NCBI GenBank assembly: GCA_903857265.1
Contig: CAIODZ010000021.1
Span: forward strand, 78,794 to 142,793
DNA: 64,000 nucleotides
DNA from: an uncultured Phycisphaerales bacterium
GTDB lineage: Bacteria > Planctomycetota > Phycisphaerae > Sedimentisphaerales > Anaerobacaceae
Direction of reading: 5' to 3'
The position numbers were made by a program, and so were the translations under genes. Positions 18,987-29,082 of the stretch are shown here, piece by piece. Each line of letters begins with the position of its first letter. Positions within the stretch are counted from its first letter, which is position 1. The notes under the pieces were generated by a model. It did not search any database. It was not told the DNA's origin and saw nothing but the letters and a program-made list of their open reading frames with translations.

Positions 18987-21542
18987 TCAAACAACTATAT
19001 TCACGAGACGTGATTTGATTACTATCACTTTTTTCGGCTGTTTGCCCGCAAGGGCTGCAATAACCTTTTCGCTGGCAAGGGCCTTTTGTTTTATCGATTC
19101 ATCATCCGCCTGCGCGGGGACAACAATTTTGTCTTTGATTTTGCCGTTGACCTGTATGGCTAATTCTATTTCGGCTTCCTTTACAAGCTCCGGGTCGAAC
19201 TTAGGCCAGGATTCGTAAGCAAGCGTTTTACTATGCCCCAATTTTTGCCAAAGCTCTTCCGCGATATGCGGCGCAAAAGGCGATAACATAAGCACTAACT
19301 GCTCAACAACCGCCTTCGGCAAAACGGGCTGCTTTATAAGATGATTAACGAGAATCATCATCGAGCTAATCGCGGTATTAAAACCAAATGTCTCGACGTC
19401 GCCTCCCACTTTTTGAATTGTCTGATGAAGTAATCGCGTGGTCGCTTCATCGGGTTTAGCATTCGCAATGGCAGCGTTAAGATTGCCCGTGTCCTCATTA
19501 ATAATTAATCGCCAGACACGCTGCAAAAACCGGTGCACGCCCTCGACCCCCTGCATACTCCAGGGTTTCACCGCCTCCAGCGGCCCCATAAACATCTCGT
19601 AAAGCCGCATCGAATCCGCGCCGTAATCGGCAACGACCTTATCGGGATTAACAACGTTGCCTCGCGACTTGCTCATCTTCTGGCCGTCTTCGCCGAGAAT
19701 CATCCCCTGATTGACTAATTTTTTGAATGGCTCTTTGGTGCTGACGTAACCAATATCAAAAAGGAACTTGTGCCAGAAACGCGAATACAGCAAATGCAAT
19801 ACCGCGTGCTCCGCGCCACCTATGTAGAGGTCAACGGGCATCCAGTATTTTTCCTTCGCACCATCGCAACAGCGATTATTGTTGTTCGGGTCTATGTAGC
19901 GCAGGTAATACCAACAGCTTCCGGCCCACTGCGGCATCGTGTTTGTCTCGCGCAAAGCAATCCCGCCACATTGCGGACAGGTCGTCTTGAGCCAGTCCTT
20001 TGCCTTCGATAATGGCGGCTCACCCGTCGCGGGCGGCGTGTAATCCTGCATATCAGGTAACTTCAAAGGCAACGCCGATTCAGGCAGGCCCACTATCCCG
20101 CATTTATCGCAATGCACAAGCGGAATCGGCTCTCCCCAGTATCGCTGCCTGCTGAACAGCCAGTCGCGAAGCTTATAATTAATCGCTCTTTTCCCAAGCC
20201 CTCTTTCCTCAAGCCATTTACTAATTCGCTCCTTGAATTCGGGCGTCTTTAGTCCCGTAAACTGACCGCTGTTTATCGCAATCCCGTCGCCGGTGAAGCA
20301 TAGCTTGCCCTGCTTGACCAGTTCTCTTTGTCCGACTTCCGGCGGGTCAACAACCTGTATAATCGCAAGATTAAATTTCTTCGCGAACTCGAAATCCCGG
20401 TCGTCGTGCGCGGGCACCGCCATAATCGCGCCCGTACCATAGCTTATTAGAACGTAATCGCTTATCCAAATCGGGATTTTCGTCTCGTTGACCGGGTTAA
20501 TTGCGTATGCGCCCGTGAATTCACCTGTTTTTTCCTTGGCGAGGTCCGTGCGGTCTAAGTCGCTTTTGCGTGACGCCTCTTCGCGGTATTTTTTCACCGC
20601 GTCCTTTTTGTCCTTCGTCGTTATTACGTCAACAAGCGGATGCTCAGGCGATAACACCATATAAGTCGCACCGAAAAGCGTATCGGGTCGAGTCGTAAAA
20701 ACGCGGATATTGTCATTAGAGCCAGCGACTTTGAAATCGACTTCCGCGCCGATGCTCTTGCCAATCCAGTTTCGCTGCATTTCCTTAATTGGCTCAGGCC
20801 AGTCAACTTCGACAAGGTCTTCGAGCAATCGCTCGGCATATTCCGTTATTCGCAAAAGCCACTGCCGAAGAGGTTTTCTGATAACCGGATGTCCCCCTCG
20901 CTCGCTCAGGCCCCCTACCACTTCCTCGTTGGCAAGCACAGTCCCCAAAGCAGGACACCAGTTTACGGGCATCTGGGCTTCATAAGCCAATCGATGGTCA
21001 TCTATATATTTTCGTTTTTCAGCGTCGCTTAGCCCAGCCGGTATAGGCAGTTCTTTAATGGGCCTGGCTTTTTGCTGTTTTTCATCAAACCAGCTATTGA
21101 AAAGATTCAGGAATATCCACTGCGTCCATTTGTAATAGTTCGGGTCGGTGGTATTAACTTCCCTGTCCCAGTCGTAACTGAAACCAAGCGACTTGATTTG
21201 TTTGCGAATACCATCGATGTTATTCTGCGTGGTCTTGGCAGGGTGTGTCCCCGTCTTAATCGCGTATTGCTCCGCGGGCAAACCAAACGCGTCCCATCCC
21301 ATCGGATGTAAAACATTAAAGCCCCTCATCCGCTTATAACGGGCGACTATATCGCTCGCGGTATAACCCTCCGGATGTCCCACGTGCAAACCCTGCGCGC
21401 TTGGGTACGGGAACATATCGAGGACGTAATATCTCGGCCTGGCGTCACAATCAACAGCCGCAAACGTCTTGCCTGCCTCCCAGTTCTGCTGCCATTTCTT
21501 CTCTATCGCGTTAAAATCGTAAATCCCAATTTTTTCGTCCAT
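18987..21542 (-). CDS. leuS: leucine--tRNA ligase
   Basis: HVGHPEGY (HIGH) and KMSKSRGN motifs, 851 aa. Confidence 0.97.
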   Translation of the reverse strand: MDEKIGIYDFNAIEKKWQQNWEAGKTFAAVDCDARPRYYVLDMFPYPSAQGLHVGHPEGYTASDIVARYKRMRGFNVLHPMGWDAFGLPAEQYAIKTGTHPAKTTQNNIDGIRKQIKSLGFSYDWDREVNTTDPNYYKWTQWIFLNLFNSWFDEKQQKARPIKELPIPAGLSDAEKRKYIDDHRLAYEAQMPVNWCPALGTVLANEEVVGGLSERGGHPVIRKPLRQWLLRITEYAERLLEDLVEVDWPEPIKEMQRNWIGKSIGAEVDFKVAGSNDNIRVFTTRPDTLFGATYMVLSPEHPLVDVITTKDKKDAVKKYREEASRKSDLDRTDLAKEKTGEFTGAYAINPVNETKIPIWISDYVLISYGTGAIMAVPAHDDRDFEFAKKFNLAIIQVVDPPEVGQRELVKQGKLCFTGDGIAINSGQFTGLKTPEFKERISKWLEERGLGKRAINYKLRDWLFSRQRYWGEPIPLVHCDKCGIVGLPESALPLKLPDMQDYTPPATGEPPLSKAKDWLKTTCPQCGGIALRETNTMPQWAGSCWYYLRYIDPNNNNRCCDGAKEKYWMPVDLYIGGAEHAVLHLLYSRFWHKFLFDIGYVSTKEPFKKLVNQGMILGEDGQKMSKSRGNVVNPDKVVADYGADSMRLYEMFMGPLEAVKPWSMQGVEGVHRFLQRVWRLIINEDTGNLNAAIANAKPDEATTRLLHQTIQKVGGDVETFGFNTAISSMMILVNHLIKQPVLPKAVVEQLVLMLSPFAPHIAEELWQKLGHSKTLAYESWPKFDPELVKEAEIELAIQVNGKIKDKIVVPAQADDESIKQKALASEKVIAALAGKQPKKVIVIKSRLVNIVV

Positions 21543-21552
21543 CGTCTCTTTG

Positions 21553-21762
21553 TTACCTTCTCGAATGTGGGCAGCTATTATCGCTGCACCCGAAACATTT
21601 TTTCGATTGCCCTTCCTTGACCTGCGCCGAGAACACCGAAAACTGCTTTTTAAGCTTCCCGCTGCCGCAATGTGCGCATTTTCGCTCGCTCTTGCTGCCG
21701 GAACTCTCCAGCAATTCAGTTATCTTGCCGCAGTCATCGCATTTATATTCGTAAATCGGCAC
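21553..21762 (-). CDS. FmdB-family zinc-ribbon protein
   Basis: [12 protein letters not shown]...CAHCG, a double CxxC at the N-terminus. Confidence 0.75.
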   Translation of the reverse strand: MPIYEYKCDDCGKITELLESSGSKSERKCAHCGSGKLKKQFSVFSAQVKEGQSKKCFGCSDNSCPHSRR

Positions 21763-21969
21763 CGTTTACCCATTTCTAAGGTTAATTTCATTCTTAAAGT
21801 GTTTTATGTTATGATTATACGGGGTAAATATCAATACCAAACCGTATCAGCCGGTAATGCGTAAATAAGCTGGTAAATCGCCTGTGAAGGATGTAATTGT
21901 TTCAAGGCACAGTGGTCGATTATATAACAATGATGAAACGATGATTTCAGAAAGGATGACAAGGCAGAA

Positions 21970-22323
21970 ATGAGATTGATGGCTCCTATTTTTATGCTGG
22001 TTGGCTCGAATTTATTTATGACTTATGCCTGGTACGGGCACCTGAAGGACTTGAAGGGTAAAGCGGTGCTCATCGCCATCGTGGCAAGCTGGGCGGTCGC
22101 GTTTTTCGAGTATTGCCTTCAGGTCCCCGCCAATCGCATCGGCTTTCAGTTCTTATCACTGGCGCAGTTGAAGGTCATTCAGGAAATAATAACTATGACC
22201 GTCTTCGCCGTATTTTGCATCGTATATATGAAGCAATCGCTCAAGCTGGATTTCCTCTGGGCGGGCCTGTGCCTGCTCGCCGCCGCGTATTTTATGTTCA
22301 GGGGCTTCACATTGCCAAGTTAA
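21970..22323 (+). CDS. small DMT-superfamily membrane protein (DUF486-like)
   Basis: 4 TM segments and FMTYAWYGHLK, typical of DUF486. Confidence 0.75.
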   Translation: MRLMAPIFMLVGSNLFMTYAWYGHLKDLKGKAVLIAIVASWAVAFFEYCLQVPANRIGFQFLSLAQLKVIQEIITMTVFAVFCIVYMKQSLKLDFLWAGLCLLAAAYFMFRGFTLPS

Positions 22324-22333
22324 AGGATAAATT

Positions 22334-23008
22334 ATGAAACCTGCTAAAATCAGAATCACGGTCTTGCTCCTGTTTGTAATCGGCCTTGTCGCCCTCGGCT
22401 ACTTCGGGCGGGGATACCTGTTGAAGGAAATAACCATTCATCAACTGCTCAGCGAAAATAAGCAGCTCAAGGAAGCAATCACAAACCTCACCGCCGAGGA
22501 ACAAATCGGCTACGCCAAGGTCATCAAGCAGGAAATACAAAACGGCAAGGTTTGGACGACACTGCGATTCGTCGAAACTGCCAGAGACGACAAAACCAAA
22601 AAAATCCTCGAAAAGGACTACACAATCGAAGGCGACATCGTTCACTTCGACGCCCTGATTGTAAAATTCGATAACAAAATGGTGCTGGATGGCCGTGAGC
22701 GGGCAATGTACCTCTGGCGAAGAATTTATGGCGAAACTATGGCCCCGCAGGATGGCTTCGCGATTGAATCGCCCGGCGCTGAACCCGCAAGATACGCCGA
22801 TTTAATGGCTCGCCTGCCTGTTAAGCAACGGGAGATGTTCTGGTCGAATATCTGGGATTTGGCTAACAACGTGGAGAAGCTAAAACAGGATGGCATCACA
22901 GCTATTTACGGCAACGCCGTGTATTCCAAGCTTCGCCCAGGCCTCATCTACGTCTTCAAAATAAGTTCGACAGGCCAGTTGTATCCAGAAGTCATCCCCG
23001 ATATGTAA
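22334..23008 (+). CDS. membrane-anchored hypothetical protein
   Basis: A single N-terminal TM, then a coiled segment. No motif recognised. Confidence 0.65.
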   Translation: MKPAKIRITVLLLFVIGLVALGYFGRGYLLKEITIHQLLSENKQLKEAITNLTAEEQIGYAKVIKQEIQNGKVWTTLRFVETARDDKTKKILEKDYTIEGDIVHFDALIVKFDNKMVLDGRERAMYLWRRIYGETMAPQDGFAIESPGAEPARYADLMARLPVKQREMFWSNIWDLANNVEKLKQDGITAIYGNAVYSKLRPGLIYVFKISSTGQLYPEVIPDM

Positions 23009-23016
23009 CTTTAAAA

Positions 23017-24234
23017 ATGCAAAAAACAGATTTTGACGTCACAGTAATTGGCGGCGGAATTGTCGGACTGGCGACAGCGTATAAAATCGCCGTAAGTTAT
23101 CCCCGTTTACGAATCGCGGTGCTGGAAAAAGAACCGGCCCTTGCCGGCCACCAGACAGGACACAATTCGGGCGTCATTCACTCCGGCTTATACTACAAAC
23201 CCGGCTCCGCCAAGGCCCGGACCTGCACCGACGGACGCAAGCAGCTCGTCACCTTCGCCAGACAATACGGCATCCCCCACGAAATCTGCGGCAAAATCAT
23301 CGTCGCAACAAGCCAAAAAGAGCTCCCCGGCCTCGAACGCATTTTCAACAACGGCCCCCAAAACGGTATCGATGGTCTGGAAAAAATCAACCCCGCCCAA
23401 ATCAAACAAATCGAACCATATTGCGCAGGCATCGCCGGAATAAAAGTCCCCTGCACAGGCATAATCGACTTTGTCGCCGTAGTAAACAAACTTGCCGACC
23501 TCATACAAAAGCAAAACGCGGACAACAAAATATTTCTCTCCTGCAATGTTACCGGCTTCCAAAAGGAAAACGCCTGCACACAAATAAGGACAAATCACGA
23601 GGCCGTTTCGAGCAAATTCATCATCAACTGCGCAGGATTGCTTTGCGACAGAATCGCCCGTCTCGACGGCGTAAATATCAAAATGCGAATCGTCCCCTTC
23701 CGCGGTGATTATTACGACTTGAAAAAAGAGGCGCAGGATAAAATAAAAAACCTCATCTACCCCGTCCCCGACCCGCAGTTCCCGTTCCTCGGCGTCCATT
23801 TTACGCGAATGGTCTCAGGCGGCGTCGAATGCGGCCCAAACGCGGTCTTCTCATTCAAACGTGAGGGCTATGGCAAATTCGATTTCAATCTCAGAGACGC
23901 ATGGGAATCGCTTCTCTATCCCGGCACATTAAAACTCTTTATAAAACACTGGCGCTACGGCCTTGGCGAATACGTCAGGGCTTTCTCAAAAAAGCTTTTT
24001 GTCAAACAACTTCAGCGGCTTGTCCCTGCAATTCAGGGCGAAGATTTAACACCCGGCAACTCAGGCGTGCGCGCGCAGGCCGTCGGCGCAGATGGCAACC
24101 CGATTGACGATTTTGTTATTGAACCCCACGGCAGCACGATTCACGTCCTCAATGCCCCCTCCCCCGCCGCTACCGCCTCCCTCGCCATCGCAGACCACAT
24201 CACCGAATTGGCTGCCGAACACTTCAAACTATAA
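23017..24234 (+). CDS. lhgO: L-2-hydroxyglutarate oxidase-like FAD-dependent oxidoreductase
   Basis: DVTVIGGGIVGLATAY dinucleotide fold and HQTGHNSGVIHSGLYYKPGS. Confidence 0.8.
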   Translation: MQKTDFDVTVIGGGIVGLATAYKIAVSYPRLRIAVLEKEPALAGHQTGHNSGVIHSGLYYKPGSAKARTCTDGRKQLVTFARQYGIPHEICGKIIVATSQKELPGLERIFNNGPQNGIDGLEKINPAQIKQIEPYCAGIAGIKVPCTGIIDFVAVVNKLADLIQKQNADNKIFLSCNVTGFQKENACTQIRTNHEAVSSKFIINCAGLLCDRIARLDGVNIKMRIVPFRGDYYDLKKEAQDKIKNLIYPVPDPQFPFLGVHFTRMVSGGVECGPNAVFSFKREGYGKFDFNLRDAWESLLYPGTLKLFIKHWRYGLGEYVRAFSKKLFVKQLQRLVPAIQGEDLTPGNSGVRAQAVGADGNPIDDFVIEPHGSTIHVLNAPSPAATASLAIADHITELAAEHFKL

Positions 24235-24305
24235 AGCCATTACTTCGCTTTAAAACTTTCGCCGAGCTTGACAGCATTTGGCCCTGCTGGGACAATCACT
24301 TGCGT

Positions 24306-26657
24306 ATGAGCAAATATGAGCAAAACAGTTTATTCGGCGAGGAGAAAACCGACAAAGCCCCCGCGGGCCATATTATCCGCGTGGCGTTCGAGTCGGGCGT
24401 CGATGCCGAATTCGATTACCTCGTCCCCGACAAACTCTGGCCCGTCGCCGTAGGCCAGCGAATCGAAACTCCCTTCGGAAAATCAAACAAGCTCGAAACG
24501 GGCTTTTGCATCGATACCACTGGGAATCCGCCGCAGACAGATAAGGGCAAAAAGTTTAAACTCAAAGCAATATCGGCTATCGTTGACAAAGAGCCACTCG
24601 TTGACGCAAACCTGATGGAGCTGGCTCGCTGGATTAGCGATTATTATGTATGCCCCCTCGGCATGGTGCTCTGCGCAATCGTCCCCGGAGCCGTCAAAAA
24701 AGGCGCAGGTGAAAAAAAACAAAAATACGTTTACTTAGCCGTCGCCCCGGAAGAAATTGAAAAAATCGCAGACCAGGTAAAAGGTAAAAAGCAAAAACAG
24801 GTTGTTCAAAAATTACGAGATGCTAACGCCTTCGAAATAGAATCGGCAATAGAACTCGACGAACTCCTCGAAGCCGTCGGCTGCACCGATGTCCCTGTCA
24901 AAAACCTCGTCGAAAAACAAATTATTAAAATATCACAGCGGACGGTCTTGAAGTCCCTGCCCGCTATGCCCGAAGGTATGGTCATTAAGCGGGAAAAAGT
25001 CGTCCTCAACGACGACCAGCAAAAAGCCCTCGCGAACATCATCAGCAGAATCAACGAAGACAAATTCAGCGTCACGCTCCTCTTCGGCGTCACCGACAGC
25101 GGCAAAACCGAGCTTTACATAAAAGCAATCGAAGAAACAATCAAAAAAAACAAAACCGCAATCGTGATGCTCCCCGAAATCGCCCTGACCACCCAGACCA
25201 TCCAGCGTTTCAGCGCAAGATTCGACCGCATCGCGGTTATGCACTCAGGCCTCACCGCCCCCCAGCGAAATACCCAATGGCACAAAATAAAATCGGGCGA
25301 GGCCGATGTCGTTATCGGCGCACGCTCCGCCGTCTTCGCACCGCTCGCCAACCTCGGCCTCATCGTAGTTGACGAAGAACACGAGCCAAGTTACAAACAG
25401 GACACCACTCCTCGTTACCATGGTAGAGACGTCGCAATCAAACGCGCACAATTATGCAACGCACATTGCCTTTTAGGAAGCGCAACCCCATCGCTCGAAA
25501 CACTGCAAAACTGCAAAACGAAAAGGGCGTTTTTCAATATGGTTCGCCTGCCCAAACGCGTGATGGACCTCCCCTTCCCCGAAATGCGACTTGTCGATAT
25601 GAAGGATTTCGCGTCGCAACTGATGAGCGAGCCGTTGACGAACCAGCTCACCGAAACGCTCGCCAGAAACGAGCAGGCAATCCTGCTCCTCAATCGCCGC
25701 GGCTACAGCAACTTCATATTCTGTCCCTCCTGCAAACACATCCTCCGCTGCCGAAATTGTGACGTAACCCTGACCTTCCACAAAACACCCGATAGACAAA
25801 TCGCGCCAATCCCCACAATCACGGGCAGGCACATGCACTCAGGCCTCGCAATCTGTCACTATTGCGGCTCACAAACCCTCGTCCCCGAAAAATGTCCCCT
25901 ATGCCATAAAGGTATGACTATGATTGGCCTCGGCTCTCAACGCCTCGAAGAGGACCTCGCCCGAAAATTCCCAAACGCCAAAATCGCCCGCGTCGATAGC
26001 GACTCAATGAAAGGCGCCGACTACTACCGCGTCCTGCGCGACTTCAGTGAGGGCAAAATCAATATCCTCGCAGGCACTCAAATCCTCGCCAAGGGCCTCC
26101 ACTTCCCCAACGTCACCCTCGTCGGCATCATCAGTGCGGACACCTCGCTTTATCTCCCCGACTTCCGCGCCAACGAAAGAACATTCCAACTGATTAGCCA
26201 GGTCGCAGGCCGCGCGGGCCGCTCCGCCAAAAAAGGCATCGTCTTCATCCAGACCTTTTTAACCAATCAGCCCGCGATTCAATTCGCCCTCAAAGGCGAT
26301 TTCGAGGGCTTCGTAAAAGAAGAGCTGACTCACCGAAGCGCCTGCAACCTGCCCCCCTTCTGGCGATTGGCACTGATTACCCTGCGCGACAGGACACACG
26401 AAAAACTCGAATTGGCTTCTAAACTTATGCGTGAAAAAATAGACCGCATCGTAGCCGACGAAAAATTACAAATCAGGGTTCGCGGCCCCATACAGGCGAT
26501 TATCAGCCGAATCCAGACCTTTCATCGTATGCAAATCATCCTTCAGGCCCCCCAGCCCGCCATTTTGCACAAGTTATTTACCACGCTCCGCAATTCCCCC
26601 CCAATCCGCCCCGCCGTTACAATCACAATAGACATCGACCCCGTTGACCTGTTATGA
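24306..26657 (+). CDS. priA: primosomal protein N' (replication restart helicase)
   Basis: Walker A GVTDSGKTE, DEEHE box, Cys-rich zinc-binding insertion (CPSC..CRNC..CHYC..CPLC). I prefer the ATG at 24306 over the TTG at 24300. Confidence 0.92.
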   Translation: MSKYEQNSLFGEEKTDKAPAGHIIRVAFESGVDAEFDYLVPDKLWPVAVGQRIETPFGKSNKLETGFCIDTTGNPPQTDKGKKFKLKAISAIVDKEPLVDANLMELARWISDYYVCPLGMVLCAIVPGAVKKGAGEKKQKYVYLAVAPEEIEKIADQVKGKKQKQVVQKLRDANAFEIESAIELDELLEAVGCTDVPVKNLVEKQIIKISQRTVLKSLPAMPEGMVIKREKVVLNDDQQKALANIISRINEDKFSVTLLFGVTDSGKTELYIKAIEETIKKNKTAIVMLPEIALTTQTIQRFSARFDRIAVMHSGLTAPQRNTQWHKIKSGEADVVIGARSAVFAPLANLGLIVVDEEHEPSYKQDTTPRYHGRDVAIKRAQLCNAHCLLGSATPSLETLQNCKTKRAFFNMVRLPKRVMDLPFPEMRLVDMKDFASQLMSEPLTNQLTETLARNEQAILLLNRRGYSNFIFCPSCKHILRCRNCDVTLTFHKTPDRQIAPIPTITGRHMHSGLAICHYCGSQTLVPEKCPLCHKGMTMIGLGSQRLEEDLARKFPNAKIARVDSDSMKGADYYRVLRDFSEGKINILAGTQILAKGLHFPNVTLVGIISADTSLYLPDFRANERTFQLISQVAGRAGRSAKKGIVFIQTFLTNQPAIQFALKGDFEGFVKEELTHRSACNLPPFWRLALITLRDRTHEKLELASKLMREKIDRIVADEKLQIRVRGPIQAIISRIQTFHRMQIILQAPQPAILHKLFTTLRNSPPIRPAVTITIDIDPVDLL

Positions 26658-26700
26658 CTTGCAGTCGGCTTCTGGTCGTGTTATACTTATTTTAGTTGAC

Positions 26701-26775
26701 CGGGGTGTAGCTCAGTTTGGCTAGAGCGCTTGGTTCGGGACCAAGAGGTCGCTGGTTCAAGTCCAGTCACCCCGA
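26701..26775 (+). tRNA. tRNA-Pro (anticodon CGG)
   Basis: Acceptor CGGGGTG/CACCCCG, anticodon stem-loop CTTGG-TTCGGGA-CCAAG, T-arm GCTGGTTCAAGTCCAGT, discriminator A. Confidence 0.9.
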
Positions 26776-26823
26776 TTTCCCTGATATTCGTTTATTTTAC
26801 CATCGCCCAAATTCTTCGTTCTC

Positions 26824-26974
26824 ACCTGCGGAACTGTCGAAGACCAGCATCCCGCCGACAAAAGTATGCAGTGTTTTTATCTCGCCGGCCCTCGCCATCC
26901 TTGTCCACGTCCAAACCGTCGGCGTGATGGGCGATGGCCGAACTTTCGAAAATGTCATCGCAATCCGCGCCTAA
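26824..26974 (+). pseudogene. guaA: decayed internal fragment of GMP synthase (guaA C-terminal domain)
   Basis: Translation ...AELSKTSIPPTKVCSVFISP..VQTVGVMGDGRTFENVIAIRA* matches the conserved GuaA block (E)ELRK...KV..AF.VLLPV.SVGVMGD.RTY....(A/S)(I/L)RA. It stops about 55 codons before a normal GuaA C-terminus and has no N-terminal part. Confidence 0.55.
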
Positions 26975-26977
26975 AAA

Positions 26978-27004
26978 AATCCGTGAAATCTGTGTAATCT
27001 GTGG
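26978..27004. repeat. 9-bp tandem repeat x3
   Basis: AATCCGTGA AATCTGTGT AATCTGTGG, immediately after the guaA relic stop. Confidence 0.8.
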
Positions 27005-27098
27005 CTAAAGAAAAACAATTGATTATTTTTGTTTAGACGCATATTATTTCGCAAACAGGAAAAACATAAAATACTAAATCACTACAACGGAGACGCAA

Positions 27099-27380
27099 AT
27101 GTTCAAGACAAACGAATACTTCGGCGGCAACGTTAAATCCATCGCCTTCAAGACCGCTCAGTGCCCCGCTACCGTCGGCGTCATCGCCCCGGGCGAATAC
27201 GAGTTCGGCACAGCAACCGTCGAAATTATGACCGTTATCACAGGCAAACTGGCCGCATTGCTTCCTGATAGCACAAAATGGGCCGACTTCGGCGAGGGCA
27301 AATCATTCACCGTCCCCGCCAACAAGAAATTCAAGGTAAAAGCCGACGAGGATACATCCTACCTTTGCCTCTATAAATAA
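27099..27380 (+). CDS. ppnP: pyrimidine/purine nucleoside phosphorylase PpnP (DUF1255)
   Basis: 93 aa. [11 protein letters not shown]...GEYEFGT...E.M.V..G layout typical of PpnP/YaiE. Confidence 0.85.
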   Translation: MFKTNEYFGGNVKSIAFKTAQCPATVGVIAPGEYEFGTATVEIMTVITGKLAALLPDSTKWADFGEGKSFTVPANKKFKVKADEDTSYLCLYK

Positions 27381-27390
27381 CGTCAAGCAA

Positions 27391-27425
27391 ACAACTCAAC
27401 ACTCAACACTCAAAATTCAAAACTA
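27391..27425. repeat. 7-bp tandem repeat x5 between convergent ppnP and eda
   Basis: ACAACTC AACACTC AACACTC AAAATTC AAAACTA. The last unit contains the eda stop codon (CTA on the plus strand). Confidence 0.8.
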
Positions 27426-28097
27426 CTGCGGTAAGTTTTGAACATACCGTTTGGCAATTTCGGTTATCGCTTTCCAGTCGCCCTTCTCGATGAATTCCTT
27501 TCTCACAACCGATGCGCCGATGCCGATAGCAACGCATCCAACGGCGAAAAATTCCGCCATATTCTCAGGGCGCACGCCATCGACCGCCACAAAATCCACG
27601 TCGTCAATCGGCCCCCGTAGCGCCTTTATATAATTGACACCGAGAGCCGACGCGGGGAATATTTTGACCATTTTCGCGCCGTGCCTTTTTGCGGCGAGAA
27701 TCTCGGTAGCCGTCGCGGCCCCGGGCAAAATCGCAATATCGTTTTTGACGCAATAATCAATTATCTCGGTATTGGTATCCGGCGCAATGATAAATTCCGC
27801 ACCTGCTTCAATCGCCTTTTCGGCTAATTGCGTTGTTATTACAGTCCCCGCGCCGATGCACATCCTGTCGCCCATTTTCTCGCGGAGCAATTTTATCATT
27901 TCAAAGACACCCTCTGTGTTGCAGGTAACTTCGAGCATCTTGATGCCGCCCGCCAAAATCGCCTCGACAAGATTGATTATCTGGTCAGCCCTGACGCCTC
28001 TCGCTATGGCGATTATCTTTTCTTCGCGTATAAGTTCGTAAATCTTTTCCGCCCGCATATCAGCTCCAACAAATTTCTTAACTGTCCATTTTGCCAA
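27423..28097 (-). CDS. eda: KDPG / 4-hydroxy-2-oxoglutarate aldolase
   Basis: GGIKMLEVT, GAGTV and KIFPA (Schiff-base Lys region) motifs, 224 aa. Confidence 0.85.
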   Translation of the reverse strand: MAKWTVKKFVGADMRAEKIYELIREEKIIAIARGVRADQIINLVEAILAGGIKMLEVTCNTEGVFEMIKLLREKMGDRMCIGAGTVITTQLAEKAIEAGAEFIIAPDTNTEIIDYCVKNDIAILPGAATATEILAAKRHGAKMVKIFPASALGVNYIKALRGPIDDVDFVAVDGVRPENMAEFFAVGCVAIGIGASVVRKEFIEKGDWKAITEIAKRYVQNLPQ

Positions 28098-28315
28098 CGA
28101 TTATACCCACCCCTTGCCAAACGTCAATTTCTGCCCGCCATCCTGACTTACAGCCCCTCTATACACAAACTACCCCTTTAAAACCCCAAAAGGTCTTATA
28201 AAAACAGTATAATCATCGAAATAATGAGGGTTTACTGATGGCAAGTCGCAATACCGCCTATAAAATACCGCTCAATTACACTGAAAAAGGGGGTTGGAAA
28301 TAATTTTTTTTATGC

Positions 28316-28344
28316 TTGACAAACCCCCTATCCGACAGTTAAAT
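28316..28344 (+). promoter_or_regulatory. candidate sigma70-type promoter of the response-regulator/kinase operon
   Basis: TTGACA (28316-28321), a 17-nt spacer, then TTAAAT (28339-28344), about 65 nt upstream of the ATG at 28409. Confidence 0.45.
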
Positions 28345-28408
28345 TAGGGCAATGAGGTAATTTAGATAGGCCAGTGAGGCAAGGGTAGAAAAGCCAGGAG
28401 AGTGTGAT

Positions 28409-28987
28409 ATGAAGGAGCTATTCACAACTGGAGAGGCAGCAGAAATCTGCCGGGTGAGTCAACAGACGATAATACGGTGTTTTGATGCCGGCCGGCTGGA
28501 AGGATTCCGTGTGCCCGGGTCGAAGTTCAGAAGAATTCCCCGCGAGAGTTTGGTTAAGTTTATGAAGGACAATGCCATACCATTGGACGGTATGGAAACG
28601 GGGAAAAAGAAGGTATTGGTCGTCGATGATGACGCAGAAATCGTCGATTTGCTGGTCGAGGTGCTGACGCGTGACGGCCGATTCGACGTCAAGACAGCCA
28701 CCAGCGGATATGAGGCGGGGATACAGACGCAGCGGTTCAGGCCTGATTGCATACTGCTGGATTATATGCTGCCTGATGTAAACGGGAACGTGGTTTGCCA
28801 TACCATCCGGAAAAATCCGGAGTTCGAGAACATAAGAATTATCATCGTAAGCGGGGTAATAAAGCAGGAAGAAATAGACCAGCTATTGAAGTCCGGGGCA
28901 CAGGATTTTGTGAAGAAGCCGTTTGATATTAATGATTTGATAAATAGAATTTGCGCTTCGCTTGAGATGCTGCAAAAAAGCGCATAG
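28409..28987 (+). CDS. response regulator with an N-terminal excisionase/MerR-type HTH (HTH_17-like) domain
   Basis: N-terminus TTGEAAEICRVSQQTIIRCFDAGRLEGFRVPGSKFRRIP. Receiver domain VLVVDDD...LLDYMLPDVNG...KKPF. Confidence 0.85.
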   Translation: MKELFTTGEAAEICRVSQQTIIRCFDAGRLEGFRVPGSKFRRIPRESLVKFMKDNAIPLDGMETGKKKVLVVDDDAEIVDLLVEVLTRDGRFDVKTATSGYEAGIQTQRFRPDCILLDYMLPDVNGNVVCHTIRKNPEFENIRIIIVSGVIKQEEIDQLLKSGAQDFVKKPFDINDLINRICASLEMLQKSA

Positions 28988-29082
28988 GGCCGGCTGGTTC
29001 GCACACCTGTAAAAAACCTGCTTGTGGAAGCACCGAAAATTGCCAAAAAAGCAGCGATAGCTGATAAGTGAGGATGGGTAAT

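Noticed and set aside
26717-26823. N-terminal part of ORF 26717..26974 (85 aa), and ORF 26730..26927.
   Set aside because: Both start inside tRNA-Pro. Only the distal part shows protein-like (GuaA) similarity, and I call that a pseudogene fragment.
28409-28600. Excisionase-type HTH as evidence of a prophage or ICE excision module.
   Set aside because: The HTH is fused in frame to a complete receiver domain and is followed by its kinase. It is a DNA-binding output domain, not a stand-alone Xis.
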